A stretch of 40,232 nucleotides of DNA from Elusimicrobiota bacterium (GCA_027319565.1 DAHVNA010000016.1:1-40232); one strand, 5' to 3'. Shown: positions 1 through 7,736, counted from the first letter of the stretch. The notes: generated by a model from the letters alone, not told the origin. A program made the numbers and translations.

Positions 1-284
1 AGGGCTTTGAGCAAGCGCTGGGCGTCTTTTCGATTTTTAGCCGGCGGATAATCGGCCGCGCGGCGCATCCAGCGAATATCGGCTCCCGCGCAAAAATCCG
101 GGCCGTTTCCCTTCAAAACAATCACGCGCGCGTTTTTTAAGAGCGGCGATTTTGAGAAAAATTCCGTCAATTCCGCGAGAGTTTGCTCATCGAGAGCATT
201 CCGCGCCTCAGGACGATTGAGAAAGACCTCCACCACAGAATGAGGCGCATGGCCTATTTGGTCATAGGTCGAAACTTTTAGCAT
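1..284 (-). CDS. Enoyl-CoA hydratase/isomerase (crotonase) family, probably methylglutaconyl-CoA hydratase; 3' end runs off the window
   Basis: Hand translation from ATG at 284: MLKVSTYDQIGHAPHSVVEVFLNRPEARNALDEQTLAELTEF...RVIVLKGNGPDFCAGADIRWMRR. It has the crotonase motifs LNRPxxRNAL and FCAGAD and lies directly downstream of the carboxylase beta subunit. Not in the ORF track. Confidence 0.9.
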   Translation of the reverse strand, partial: MLKVSTYDQIGHAPHSVVEVFLNRPEARNALDEQTLAELTEFFSKSPLLKNARVIVLKGNGPDFCAGADIRWMRRAADYPPAKNRKDAQRLLKA

Positions 285-335
285 TTTTCGTCAAACCTCA
301 TTTTTTCTCTTTGGAAATAAAAACTGCCCCTTTTA

Positions 336-1916
336 TTACATCCTGAAAACGGGGTATTTGGGATCCGCAATCGGAGCGTTTTGGACCGCGGCCAGGCAAA
401 AGCCTAAAATCTCGCGCGTTTTTGCGGGCTCGATAATTCCGTCATCCCAAAGCCGGGCGGTTCCGTAATAGGGATTTCCCTCCAGTTCATACTGTTTGCG
501 CACCGGGACTGCGATCTGTTCCGCTTCTTCCTCTGACAACTCTTTATTTTCGCGCCGCAGCTGCTCTCTTTTTACAATCGTCATCACCATAGAAGCCTGC
601 TCGGCTCCCATGACGGACACGCGGGCATTGGGCCAGGTAAACAGAAAACTCGGATTATACGCCCTTCCGCACATCGCGTAATTTCCCGCGCCGTTGGAAG
701 CCCCGACAATCACCGTGATTTTCGGGACGTTCGCGGTCGCGACCGCTTGAACGAGTTTGGCCCCGTGCTTGATAATCCCGGCCTGCTCATAATCTTTTCC
801 GACCATAAACCCCGGGATATTTTGCAAGAACAAAATCGGGATTTTCCTCTGACAGCAGAGTTCAATAAAATGCGCGCCTTTTAAAGCCGATTCCGAAAAT
901 AAAATGCCTTGATTGCCCAAGATTCCCACGGGATGCCCCATGATTTTAGCGAAACCGCAAACCAAGGTCTGACCATAATACTGTTTGAACTGCTGAAAGC
1001 GGCTGTCGTCAACCAAGCGAGAGACGATATCGGTGACCTTACATGGACGCCTTAAATCCCGGTGGACGATTTCGTAAAGCTCTTCGGGAGAAGATTGAGG
1101 AGCGGGACCCGCGGGAGCGCGGTAAAGAGGCGTATTCAAATTTTCGACTAAAGAGCGGCAGATTTCAATGGCATGTTCATCATTATCGGCCAAATGATCG
1201 GTCACTCCCGAAACCCGGCTGTGCATCTCGCCGCCTCCTAGTTCCTCAGCCGTTGATTCTTCCCCGGTCGCGGCTTTAACCAAGGGCGGCCCTCCTAAAT
1301 AAATCGTCCCCTGATTGCCAACGATAATCGCCTCATCTGACATTGCCGGAACATATGCCCCGCCCGCGGTGCACATTCCCATGACGATTGAAATTTGGGG
1401 AATTCCCAAAGAAGACAAAACGGCCTGATTGTAGAAAATCCGCCCGAAATGCTCCTTATCGGGAAAGACCTCGGCTTGCTTGGGGAGAAACACTCCTCCG
1501 GAATCAACCAGATAGACGCAGGGCAGACGATTTTGAAGCGCGATTTCCTGGGCGCGCAGATGCTTTTTGATAGTCTCCGCGAAATAAGTTCCGCCCTTGA
1601 CCGTCGCGTCGTTAGCCGCGATCACGCAGAGACGTTCGCTAATGACCCCCATTCCGGTGATAATGCCAGCCGCGGGAACCTCGTTATCATAAAGCCCGAA
1701 AGCGGCCAGGGGGGAAAATTCCAGAAAATAAGAGCCGGGATCGATGAGTTTTTCGACGCGCTCTCTGGCGGTCAATTTCCCGCGCTTTTTGTGGAGACTC
1801 ACCGCCTTTTCGGAGCCGCCGCGGCGCGCCGCTTCAAGATGCGCGCGAAGTTCGGAAATTAAATTCTCATGATAAAGCCTGTTTTCCTCGGCATCGGAAC
1901 GTGTTTGTGTCGCCAT
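336..1916 (-). CDS. liuB: 3-methylcrotonyl-CoA carboxylase beta subunit (carboxyltransferase)
   Basis: Motifs [64 protein letters not shown] and C-terminal VFRM; next to an enoyl-CoA hydratase. Confidence 0.93.
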   Translation of the reverse strand: MATQTRSDAEENRLYHENLISELRAHLEAARRGGSEKAVSLHKKRGKLTARERVEKLIDPGSYFLEFSPLAAFGLYDNEVPAAGIITGMGVISERLCVIAANDATVKGGTYFAETIKKHLRAQEIALQNRLPCVYLVDSGGVFLPKQAEVFPDKEHFGRIFYNQAVLSSLGIPQISIVMGMCTAGGAYVPAMSDEAIIVGNQGTIYLGGPPLVKAATGEESTAEELGGGEMHSRVSGVTDHLADNDEHAIEICRSLVENLNTPLYRAPAGPAPQSSPEELYEIVHRDLRRPCKVTDIVSRLVDDSRFQQFKQYYGQTLVCGFAKIMGHPVGILGNQGILFSESALKGAHFIELCCQRKIPILFLQNIPGFMVGKDYEQAGIIKHGAKLVQAVATANVPKITVIVGASNGAGNYAMCGRAYNPSFLFTWPNARVSVMGAEQASMVMTIVKREQLRRENKELSEEEAEQIAVPVRKQYELEGNPYYGTARLWDDGIIEPAKTREILGFCLAAVQNAPIADPKYPVFRM

Positions 1917-1967
1917 GTTTGTATCCTAGCAAAAAAATTAATCGCCTCTTTTCGCTATAATGGCAAG
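1917..1967. promoter_or_regulatory. Back-to-back -10 elements, each 6 nt before a start codon (probable leaderless promoters)
   Basis: Minus strand: TGcTAGGAT (1931-1923), 6 nt, ATG 1916. Plus strand: TATAAT (1956-1961), 6 nt, ATG 1968. No SD sequence before either start. Confidence 0.6.
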
Positions 1968-2996
1968 ATGAATGTTTTAGAATTTCTCCGCAAGATGCCA
2001 AAGACGGAACTCCATCTGCATTTAGAGGGCACGATTTCGCCTGAAACTCTCTGGAAAATGGCGCGAAAAAATCACGTCTCTCTTCCAGTCGGCACATTAA
2101 AAGAGCTTCGCGCGCTTTATCAATTCGAGTCTTTTGACAAATTCGTCTCTTTGTGGCAGGCGATGTGCCGCTGCTTTAAATCCGAGTCCGATTACGCGGA
2201 AATGGTGGAAGGCTTTTCCAGGGACTGCCGGAGGCAAAACATCCGCTATGCGGAACTTCATTTTACGCCCTTTAACCACGAGAAATTCGCCATCGGTGGA
2301 AAACGCGCGCTCAAGGTCGTGACAAAAAAACTGGAGGCCTTGGAAAAAGCCGGCGGGCCCATCGTTCGCCTCATTACCGATATCCCAGCCGAAGCCGGAG
2401 ACAAAGCAGGGGAATACACCGCCCGCCTTCTTGAAGAAGAAAAAAACCCCTTGATCGTCGCGATAGGCCTTGGCGGCCCCGAAGCGGGTTTCCCACGCAA
2501 AAAATTTGCGCCTTATTACGAGCGCGCGCGGAAAGCCGGATATTTCTGCGTGGCTCACGCCGGAGAGACGGAAGGACACTCCCATGTTAGGGAAGCGATT
2601 CTCGATTTAAAAGCCATCCGCATTCAACATGGGGTACGCGCCGCGGAAAGCCCACAAACTCTGCGCCTTTTAAAGGAGAGAAACATCTGCTGCGACGTGG
2701 CATTAACCAGCAATCTCTGCTTAAAAGTCGTCAGAAAAATGACGGAACATCCCATCCAAAAACTTCTAGCGGCCAAAATTTCTCTCACCCTTAACACGGA
2801 TGACCCACCGTTTTTTAACACCGATCTAATCCGAGAATATCAAATCGCATATGAGGACTTAGGCTTGAGTCTAGACCGACTCTGGGAGATGAACTTAAAC
2901 GGACTGCGGTATGCTCTTTGCGAAGTCGCCATTCGCCGGCGCCTGATGATGGAATTTAACAATCAGGCGCCGGCTCTCAACAAATTAACGGTTTAG
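1968..2996 (+). CDS. add: Adenosine deaminase
   Basis: PKTELHLHLEG, YAELHFTP, AHAGE, RIQHG, SN and LNTDDP motifs. Start moved to ATG 1968 because the ORF-track start overlaps liuB. Confidence 0.9.
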   Translation: MNVLEFLRKMPKTELHLHLEGTISPETLWKMARKNHVSLPVGTLKELRALYQFESFDKFVSLWQAMCRCFKSESDYAEMVEGFSRDCRRQNIRYAELHFTPFNHEKFAIGGKRALKVVTKKLEALEKAGGPIVRLITDIPAEAGDKAGEYTARLLEEEKNPLIVAIGLGGPEAGFPRKKFAPYYERARKAGYFCVAHAGETEGHSHVREAILDLKAIRIQHGVRAAESPQTLRLLKERNICCDVALTSNLCLKVVRKMTEHPIQKLLAAKISLTLNTDDPPFFNTDLIREYQIAYEDLGLSLDRLWEMNLNGLRYALCEVAIRRRLMMEFNNQAPALNKLTV

Positions 2997-3137
2997 GCAG
3001 ATATGCCCCGGGCTGCAGGGGCTGACGATTTGGGGCTCAACACAGATGTGTCCCGGGCTGCAAGGGCTGACAATGGGAGCCTTTCCAAACGCCATTCCGG
3101 CCGACATCACGGCTAACGACAAGATGATTGATTTCAT
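2985..3137 (-). CDS. 50-aa secreted Cys-rich peptide with tandem IVSPCSPGHIC repeat
   Basis: Strong SD (AAAGGAGG) before ATG 3137. MKSIILSLAVMSAGMAFG looks like a Sec signal. The two 33-nt repeat copies differ at five sites, all synonymous third positions. Confidence 0.8.
   Translation of the reverse strand: MKSIILSLAVMSAGMAFGKAPIVSPCSPGHICVEPQIVSPCSPGHICLNR
2997..3074 (-). repeat. Two 33-nt direct repeats (45-nt period) encoding IVSPCSPGHIC
   Basis: att gtc agc cct tgc agc ccg gga cac atc tgt (3074-3042) versus atc gtc agc ccc tgc agc ccg ggg cat atc tgc (3029-2997). Confidence 0.95.
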
Positions 3138-3228
3138 ATTCTGACCCTCCTTTGGGTTATCTTTTCTCACACCCTTAGGATAGCTCAAAGCCCACCTCAG
3201 CCGCTATGAGGCAAGTTAAGGTCAAAAG

Positions 3229-3242
3229 TTGATTTAAATCAA
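3229..3242. promoter_or_regulatory. Perfect palindrome TTGATTTAAATCAA matching the FNR-box consensus TTGAT-N4-ATCAA
   Basis: Exact consensus match in the intergenic region upstream of the small peptide gene. Confidence 0.45.
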
Positions 3243-3261
3243 GTCTGTTTCCGAAGTAAAA

Positions 3262-4581
3262 TCACTCGTCGCTGAAAATCCCTTTGGCGCGAGAAGCATA
3301 GAAGGCCTCAACTTCCTTCGGAAAAGGAAACACTCTGAGGCGAACAGATTCCTCTAAAGGTAGAAGGCAAGGGATGCGGATGCCGTGGTATTCCGTGGGC
3401 TCACCGATTTGGTGCATCGTGACCCCGCCACGCCGAAGCGCCAGCCACAAAGCCCGCTCGATGGCTGCACAAACGTATGGTACTCCATTTTTTTGAGATT
3501 CCTGGAAAATGGCCAAAATGAGCGCGAGGGAGATTTCGCTGTGGCCTGCGCGAGATAAATCTTTCGATGATGAACTTGCATCCTCGCCACCTAAATTCCG
3601 CGGAATGGCAAAGCGAGAAAACTCTCCTAATTTTTTCCTGTCAATTTGCTCCAATGTTTTCGTAATGTCGTATTCTTTCTCGATAGGGAAACCCTTTTCT
3701 GAGTTTAAAACCAGCCTCGCAGTTCCAACAGCGCGGCCTTGATTGTCGCGAACCAGTAAATGGACGGAAGAGTCGTCATAGATATCTCTCTCAAGCCCAT
3801 CAGGATAATCCGCCGAATTTAAGAACTCATGCTCAACGCAGTAAACTTGATAGCGAAGCCTGAAAATATCCTCTAAATCTTTAGAGTTCTTGGCGCATAA
3901 AACCTCAAAAGCGGGCTTTGGAGAAGCGGGTTTTTCAGAGACTATCGCGGGGACTGTATCTTTCTTGTCTCCTGCATCTCTAGGAACAGACGTTTTTGGC
4001 AATACTTTTTTTAATGCCGCGGCATCCGCCAAAACGATCACGGTGGCCGCGCAGGATTGACTGTCCGAGAAAAATTCCGCGTGAGTCAAGATAGCCTCGG
4101 CATTTTCCGGCATCCGTTTTGTCGCCATGGCGACAATTTCCTGTTTCGTTCCGCGCGAGAGTTTTGGCGCCAGTGAAATAAAAGCCTCTCCGCAATGATC
4201 CGCCAATGACCCCAAAATCCCATGTCCCAAAATATTGGCCACTTCGCTAAAAACCGGGCGATCCATATCCGAATTGCCGATCCTGGTTCCAGTGGCTGCG
4301 GCAATGCTTTTTTCCAGTGGAATCAAACTCCATTCCGGAAACAACATCACGACTTCAAAAAAAAGCGGCTGTGAAATGCCGACAAAAGCGCCCATATTTA
4401 TTCCGATATCCAGCTTGAAAAATTCCGGAATTTTTTCTCTAGCGACCGTTCTTATGCCGGAGAAAGAAACCTTCCATTTGCCTTGGCCGAACTTGGATAA
4501 TTTACGGCCGCTTAAAAGCGCACCGTCATGAAGGATCGTTCCTAACAATTCCAACTCTTTGGGACTCAACAATTCGCTCAC
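3262..4581 (-). CDS. Fusion of a CheC-like phosphatase domain (N-terminal ~195 aa) and an N-acyl amino acid synthase / exosortase-associated-type GNAT acyltransferase (C-terminal)
   Basis: The N-terminal part follows the CheC pattern, with SEVAN followed by P exactly 22 residues later (E-x2-N-x22-P). The C-terminal part has FRLRYQVYCVE, GLERDIYD, VGTARLV, EFSRFAI and IGEPTEYHGIRIP, typical of LuxI/FeeM/TIGR03694-like acyl-ACP acyltransferases. The GTG start overlaps the upstream stop (GTGA). Confidence 0.8.
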   Translation of the reverse strand: MSELLSPKELELLGTILHDGALLSGRKLSKFGQGKWKVSFSGIRTVAREKIPEFFKLDIGINMGAFVGISQPLFFEVVMLFPEWSLIPLEKSIAAATGTRIGNSDMDRPVFSEVANILGHGILGSLADHCGEAFISLAPKLSRGTKQEIVAMATKRMPENAEAILTHAEFFSDSQSCAATVIVLADAAALKKVLPKTSVPRDAGDKKDTVPAIVSEKPASPKPAFEVLCAKNSKDLEDIFRLRYQVYCVEHEFLNSADYPDGLERDIYDDSSVHLLVRDNQGRAVGTARLVLNSEKGFPIEKEYDITKTLEQIDRKKLGEFSRFAIPRNLGGEDASSSSKDLSRAGHSEISLALILAIFQESQKNGVPYVCAAIERALWLALRRGGVTMHQIGEPTEYHGIRIPCLLPLEESVRLRVFPFPKEVEAFYASRAKGIFSDE

Positions 4582-4970
4582 TTAAAAGCCCCCGCGCTAT
4601 TACTGGATGATTGAGCGAATATTTTTGCGACTGCCGCTTGAATGTCGGCCACGGCAAAGGGCTTGGCGAGAAACGCCGCTTTTAACTTCGTCACGATTGA
4701 GCGAGTTTCTTTTTGATCGTTGGCGCTAAGGACCAGGACCTTGGCCTCGGGATACGCCGCTCGCAACTGACGCAAGACGGTCAAGCCGTCCGTGTCCTCG
4801 AAACTGATGTCTAGAATTAAGAGATCCGGATTTAAGCGGCGATAGGTGGCCAAAACATTCTTCCCGTTTGTTTCAACGCCCGCAACCTCGTGTCCTAAAA
4901 CAGCCATCTGCGCGGAGACCAAATCATGAACAACCGGATTATCATCCGCGATCATTATTTTTTTGGACAT
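4578..4970 (-). CDS. Single-domain CheY-like response regulator
   Basis: KKIMIADD, PDLLILD (phosphoacceptor Asp), DG, VLVLSA and AKPF motifs; start placed at ATG 4970 just after the promoter. Confidence 0.9.
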   Translation of the reverse strand: MSKKIMIADDNPVVHDLVSAQMAVLGHEVAGVETNGKNVLATYRRLNPDLLILDISFEDTDGLTVLRQLRAAYPEAKVLVLSANDQKETRSIVTKLKAAFLAKPFAVADIQAAVAKIFAQSSSNSAGAFK

Positions 4971-4977
4971 ATCTATT

Positions 4978-5006
4978 ATTATGGTATTGTAATTGGAAAC
5001 TGTCAA
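4978..5006 (-). promoter_or_regulatory. Sigma70-type promoter of the response regulator operon
   Basis: TTGACA (5006-5001), 17 nt, CATAAT (4983-4978), then 7 nt to ATG 4970. Confidence 0.65.
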
Positions 5007-5035
5007 TATCACGCATCAAATAAACTAAATTTAAT

Positions 5036-5064
5036 TTGACAACTCATCGTGTTTATGCCAGCAT
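5036..5064 (+). promoter_or_regulatory. Sigma70-type promoter of the ACT-ThiF-nitroreductase operon
   Basis: TTGACA (5036-5041), 17 nt, CAGCAT (5059-5064) with an extended TG at 5056-5057. Confidence 0.5.
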
Positions 5065-5071
5065 AGGAATC

Positions 5072-5140
5072 AAGAGCGTTCGTTTGCGCTCTTTAAATAT
5101 CCACGGGTGAAGAGTCACTCTCTCCCAGTGGATATTTAAA
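5072..5140 (+). promoter_or_regulatory. Structured 5' leader with two hairpins
   Basis: AAGAGCG/CGCTCTT (5072-5093) and a perfect 13-bp stem TTTAAATATCCAC/GTGGATATTTAAA (5092-5104 and 5128-5140) with further inner pairing; lies just before the AAGGAG SD. Confidence 0.6.
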
Positions 5141-5160
5141 TAAAAAAAGGAGAAAATAAA

Positions 5161-5604
5161 ATGACACAGAATAATAGCGAGTTCGCAGGGTTTGTACCCG
5201 TCCTAACTGTCCCATTAAGCAATACCCCCGGAGCTCTTGAACCGGTGTTTAAGGTCTTCTCGCAAAACAATGCAGAATTCGCCATGCTCTCTGGCTTTTC
5301 TGCAGGGCCCATGGGTTTTATCGCGTTTGCGTTTAAAAACCCGCAAGACGCACAGAAAGTGCATAAGGGCCTGCTACAGGCGGGCATTTTCAGCAGAATC
5401 ACCGATGCCCTGCGGATCGACACCAAATCCTTCGCCCCAGGAGATCTATGGAATAAGGTGTTCCAGCCCTTTTTCTCAAAGGGGGTTAACGTCGAGTTCT
5501 GCTTTGGATTTGGGGACACGCAATTCTTCTTCACAAGCGACCAAAAGGCCGCGGCCGAAATTCTCAAGCCGTTCTTGTCTACAAAAGAATTCATCTCCGC
5601 CTAA
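5161..5604 (+). CDS. Tandem ACT-domain protein (amino-acid-binding, COG4747-like)
   Basis: Two ACT-like repeats: LTVPLSNTPGALEPVFKVFSQNN and LRIDTKSFAPGDLWNKVFQPFFSKGVNVEFCFGF; SD AAGGAG. Confidence 0.65.
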   Translation: MTQNNSEFAGFVPVLTVPLSNTPGALEPVFKVFSQNNAEFAMLSGFSAGPMGFIAFAFKNPQDAQKVHKGLLQAGIFSRITDALRIDTKSFAPGDLWNKVFQPFFSKGVNVEFCFGFGDTQFFFTSDQKAAAEILKPFLSTKEFISA

Positions 5605-5618
5605 TATATGCGAGCTCG

Positions 5619-5658
5619 GACCGCTCTGGGCGCCTTGTCAAGCGCGCCTGGAGCGGTC
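5619..5658 (+). other. Intergenic GC-rich stem-loop
   Basis: GACCGCTC...GAGCGGTC outer stem with inner GGGCGC/GCGCCT and CTT/AAG pairing; no U-tract. Confidence 0.55.
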
Positions 5659-5711
5659 TCCGTGGCTGGCGCTCCGCCATTAATGTTCAAAGATCATAAG
5701 GATGCATTATA

Positions 5712-6599
5712 ATGGAATTCAAAAATAAATTCGATTACGCAGACGCTTTTTCCCGCAATATTGGATGGGTGACAAAAGAGGAACAAGGAATTTTGCGCAA
5801 GAAAAGAGTGGCTATTGCCGGCATGGGGGGCGTCGGCGGAATTCATCTATTGACCTTGGCGCGTTTGGGCATCGGATCCTTTCACATCGCGGATTTTGAC
5901 GAATTTGAAATTCACAATTTCAATCGTCAAGTGGGGGCGACGATGTCAAGCGTCGGAAGGCCCAAGGCCGAGGTTTTAGCTGAAATGGCCAAAGACATCA
6001 ACCCCGAACTCAATATCAAGATATTCCCCGAGGGAGTCAAGCCTGAAAATCTCTCGGAATTTCTTAAAGACGCCGATCTCTATATTGACGGTCTTGATTT
6101 TTTCGCTTTTTTAGCCCGGGAAAAAACCTTCTCCGCTTGCGCGGAAAAGGGCGTTCCCGCCGTCACCGCGGCTCCTTTGGGAATGAGCGCGGCGACGCTT
6201 AATTTCTTGCCCGGAAAAATGACGTTTGAAGAGTATTTTTGTTGGGGTAATTTGCCGGAAGAAGAAAAGGCTTTGCGCTTCTTATTGGGCTTAGCTCCCG
6301 CTGGGCTCCATTTTAATTATTTAGTTGATCCAAGTTCCGTTAATTTTAAGGAGCGCAAAGGTCCTTCGACCGGAATGGCTTGCCAAATCTGCGCGGGCAT
6401 GGCCGCGACCCAGGCCCTGAAAATTTTGCTCAAGCGCGGTCCGGTTTTAGCCGCGCCCCATAGTATTCAATTTGACGCCTATCGAAACAAGCTTTCGCGC
6501 TGTTGGCGGCCCGGCGGGAACAATAACCCACTCCAACGTTTGGCTTTAATAATTGCTCGGCGCCGCCTGAAAAAAATAGACTCAAGGGAGTCAAAATAA
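5712..6599 (+). CDS. ThiF-family adenylyltransferase (similar to the OxzB ThiF domain)
   Basis: FSRNIG, VAIAGMGGVG nucleotide-binding loop, IADFDEFEIHNFNRQ, GRPKAEV and DGLD motifs; no MoeB Zn-binding CxxC pairs. Confidence 0.9.
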   Translation: MEFKNKFDYADAFSRNIGWVTKEEQGILRKKRVAIAGMGGVGGIHLLTLARLGIGSFHIADFDEFEIHNFNRQVGATMSSVGRPKAEVLAEMAKDINPELNIKIFPEGVKPENLSEFLKDADLYIDGLDFFAFLAREKTFSACAEKGVPAVTAAPLGMSAATLNFLPGKMTFEEYFCWGNLPEEEKALRFLLGLAPAGLHFNYLVDPSSVNFKERKGPSTGMACQICAGMAATQALKILLKRGPVLAAPHSIQFDAYRNKLSRCWRPGGNNNPLQRLALIIARRRLKKIDSRESK

Positions 6600-7642
6600 T
6601 AATCTCTCGAGAAATTATCTCAGAAATCGCCCGCTATGCCCAGATGGCTCCCTCGGGAGACAATCTCCAGGATTGGCGATTCTCTCTAAACGGAGAATCA
6701 CTTGAACTTCTTGCGGAATTCATGGATCACCACCCCTTTAATTTGAATCATCGTCCATCACTGACCTCCCATGGGACGGTCTTGGAAAATGCGCGCATCG
6801 CCTCCGAAGAATTCGGATTTGAGATGATTGAAGAGTTATTCCCCGGGGGGGACATCATCGCCCGCCTTCGATTTTCCAAATCTCCATCTAAAACCCATCA
6901 CCCGCTTTTTCCTTATCTTGAGACGCGCACGGTCAACCGCCGAAATTATTTGCCCAAAGAGCTTCCGCCTGAAATTCGAGAACAACTCATCCAAACCGCC
7001 CAAGATTCAGGTTTTGGACAGCTCTTTCTCGCGGACAAACTCCCCGCTAAAAAATGCGCGGCCAGGGCCGCCTTTTGCGGCTCTCAAATCATGATGGAAC
7101 ATCGCGGCGTCCACCAGAGCCTTTTTCAGAACATTCGCTGGAACCTTGCGGATGCGGAAAAAACCCGGGATGGACTCTATATTAAAACCTTGGAATTGGG
7201 TATTCAAGAGCCAGCCTTTAGGCTTTTGCGCTCTTGGCGGCTCACCTCTATTCTTAATTTCCTTGGCCTGAGCCTTTTCGCGGCTTTCCAGGATTATCAA
7301 TTGTCCATGGGCTCTTCCGCCCTGGGTCTCATTGAAGTCCCCGATGATTCGCCTGAGTCCATTCTCAATGGCGGGAAATTGTTTGAACGACTGTGGCTAA
7401 AAATGACCTCCTTGGGCCTTTCCCTTCAGCCCGAAAGCGCGCTAGTGTATTTTCTTCATTTATTTTGGAATCAACCCAATCACTTTACGCCGTCTCAGCG
7501 CCGGGTTCTTGAAAAAGGAGCGCAAGCTCTCAAAGAAGCGTTCCCTATAAAAAATGATAAGGGGATTCTGATGTTTTTTCGCCTGGGATATGCCTCAAAG
7601 GCGCCTTCCGCCAAAAGCCTCAGAAAACTCGTTCAACTCTAG
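6596..7642 (+). CDS. Nitroreductase-family FMN-dependent oxidoreductase; start uncertain (ATA 6596, or frameshift fusion to ThiF)
   Basis: APSGDNLQDWRF, RTVNRRNY, GKLFERLWLKMTSLGLSLQP and FRLGY motifs. The in-frame upstream helix ISREIISEIARYAQ precedes the ORF-track ATG at 6644. Confidence 0.85.
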   Translation: MIISREIISEIARYAQMAPSGDNLQDWRFSLNGESLELLAEFMDHHPFNLNHRPSLTSHGTVLENARIASEEFGFEMIEELFPGGDIIARLRFSKSPSKTHHPLFPYLETRTVNRRNYLPKELPPEIREQLIQTAQDSGFGQLFLADKLPAKKCAARAAFCGSQIMMEHRGVHQSLFQNIRWNLADAEKTRDGLYIKTLELGIQEPAFRLLRSWRLTSILNFLGLSLFAAFQDYQLSMGSSALGLIEVPDDSPESILNGGKLFERLWLKMTSLGLSLQPESALVYFLHLFWNQPNHFTPSQRRVLEKGAQALKEAFPIKNDKGILMFFRLGYASKAPSAKSLRKLVQL

Positions 7643-7721
7643 CCCCGCAAGGGAAAAACCGCTAGGTCCAAAGACCCTCCGGGGTCTAGGCCCTTTGGCC
7701 CTGTCGGCGGGGCAAAACCCG

Positions 7722-7730
7722 TGATATACT
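7722..7730 (+). promoter_or_regulatory. Extended -10 element (TGaTATACT) 6 nt before ATG 7737
   Basis: Read directly from the sequence; no SD before the start. Confidence 0.55.
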
Positions 7731-7736
7731 GGACTT

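Noticed and set aside
3262..3910. LuxI acyl-homoserine lactone synthase
   Set aside because: Same fold, but the YQVYC-E and EYHG-R-P motifs fit the exosortase-associated / N-acyl amino acid synthase group, and there is no adjacent LuxR.
5136..5683. Alternative ORFs 5136-5594 (-) and 5237-5683 (+)
   Set aside because: They are shadows of the ACT gene, which has the SD and recognisable domain pattern.
5712..7642. Thiamine/molybdopterin ThiF/MoeB, CBASS E1, or LAP/thiopeptide machinery
   Set aside because: No ThiS/MoaD, E2/JAB/CD-NTase or YcaO partner, and no MoeB Zn-binding CxxC pairs; the context fits acyl-amino-acid modification better.
7643..7720. Small hairpins after the nitroreductase gene (e.g. 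AGACCC-TCCG-GGGTCT)
   Set aside because: Short stems without a clear U-tract; cannot support a terminator or ncRNA call.
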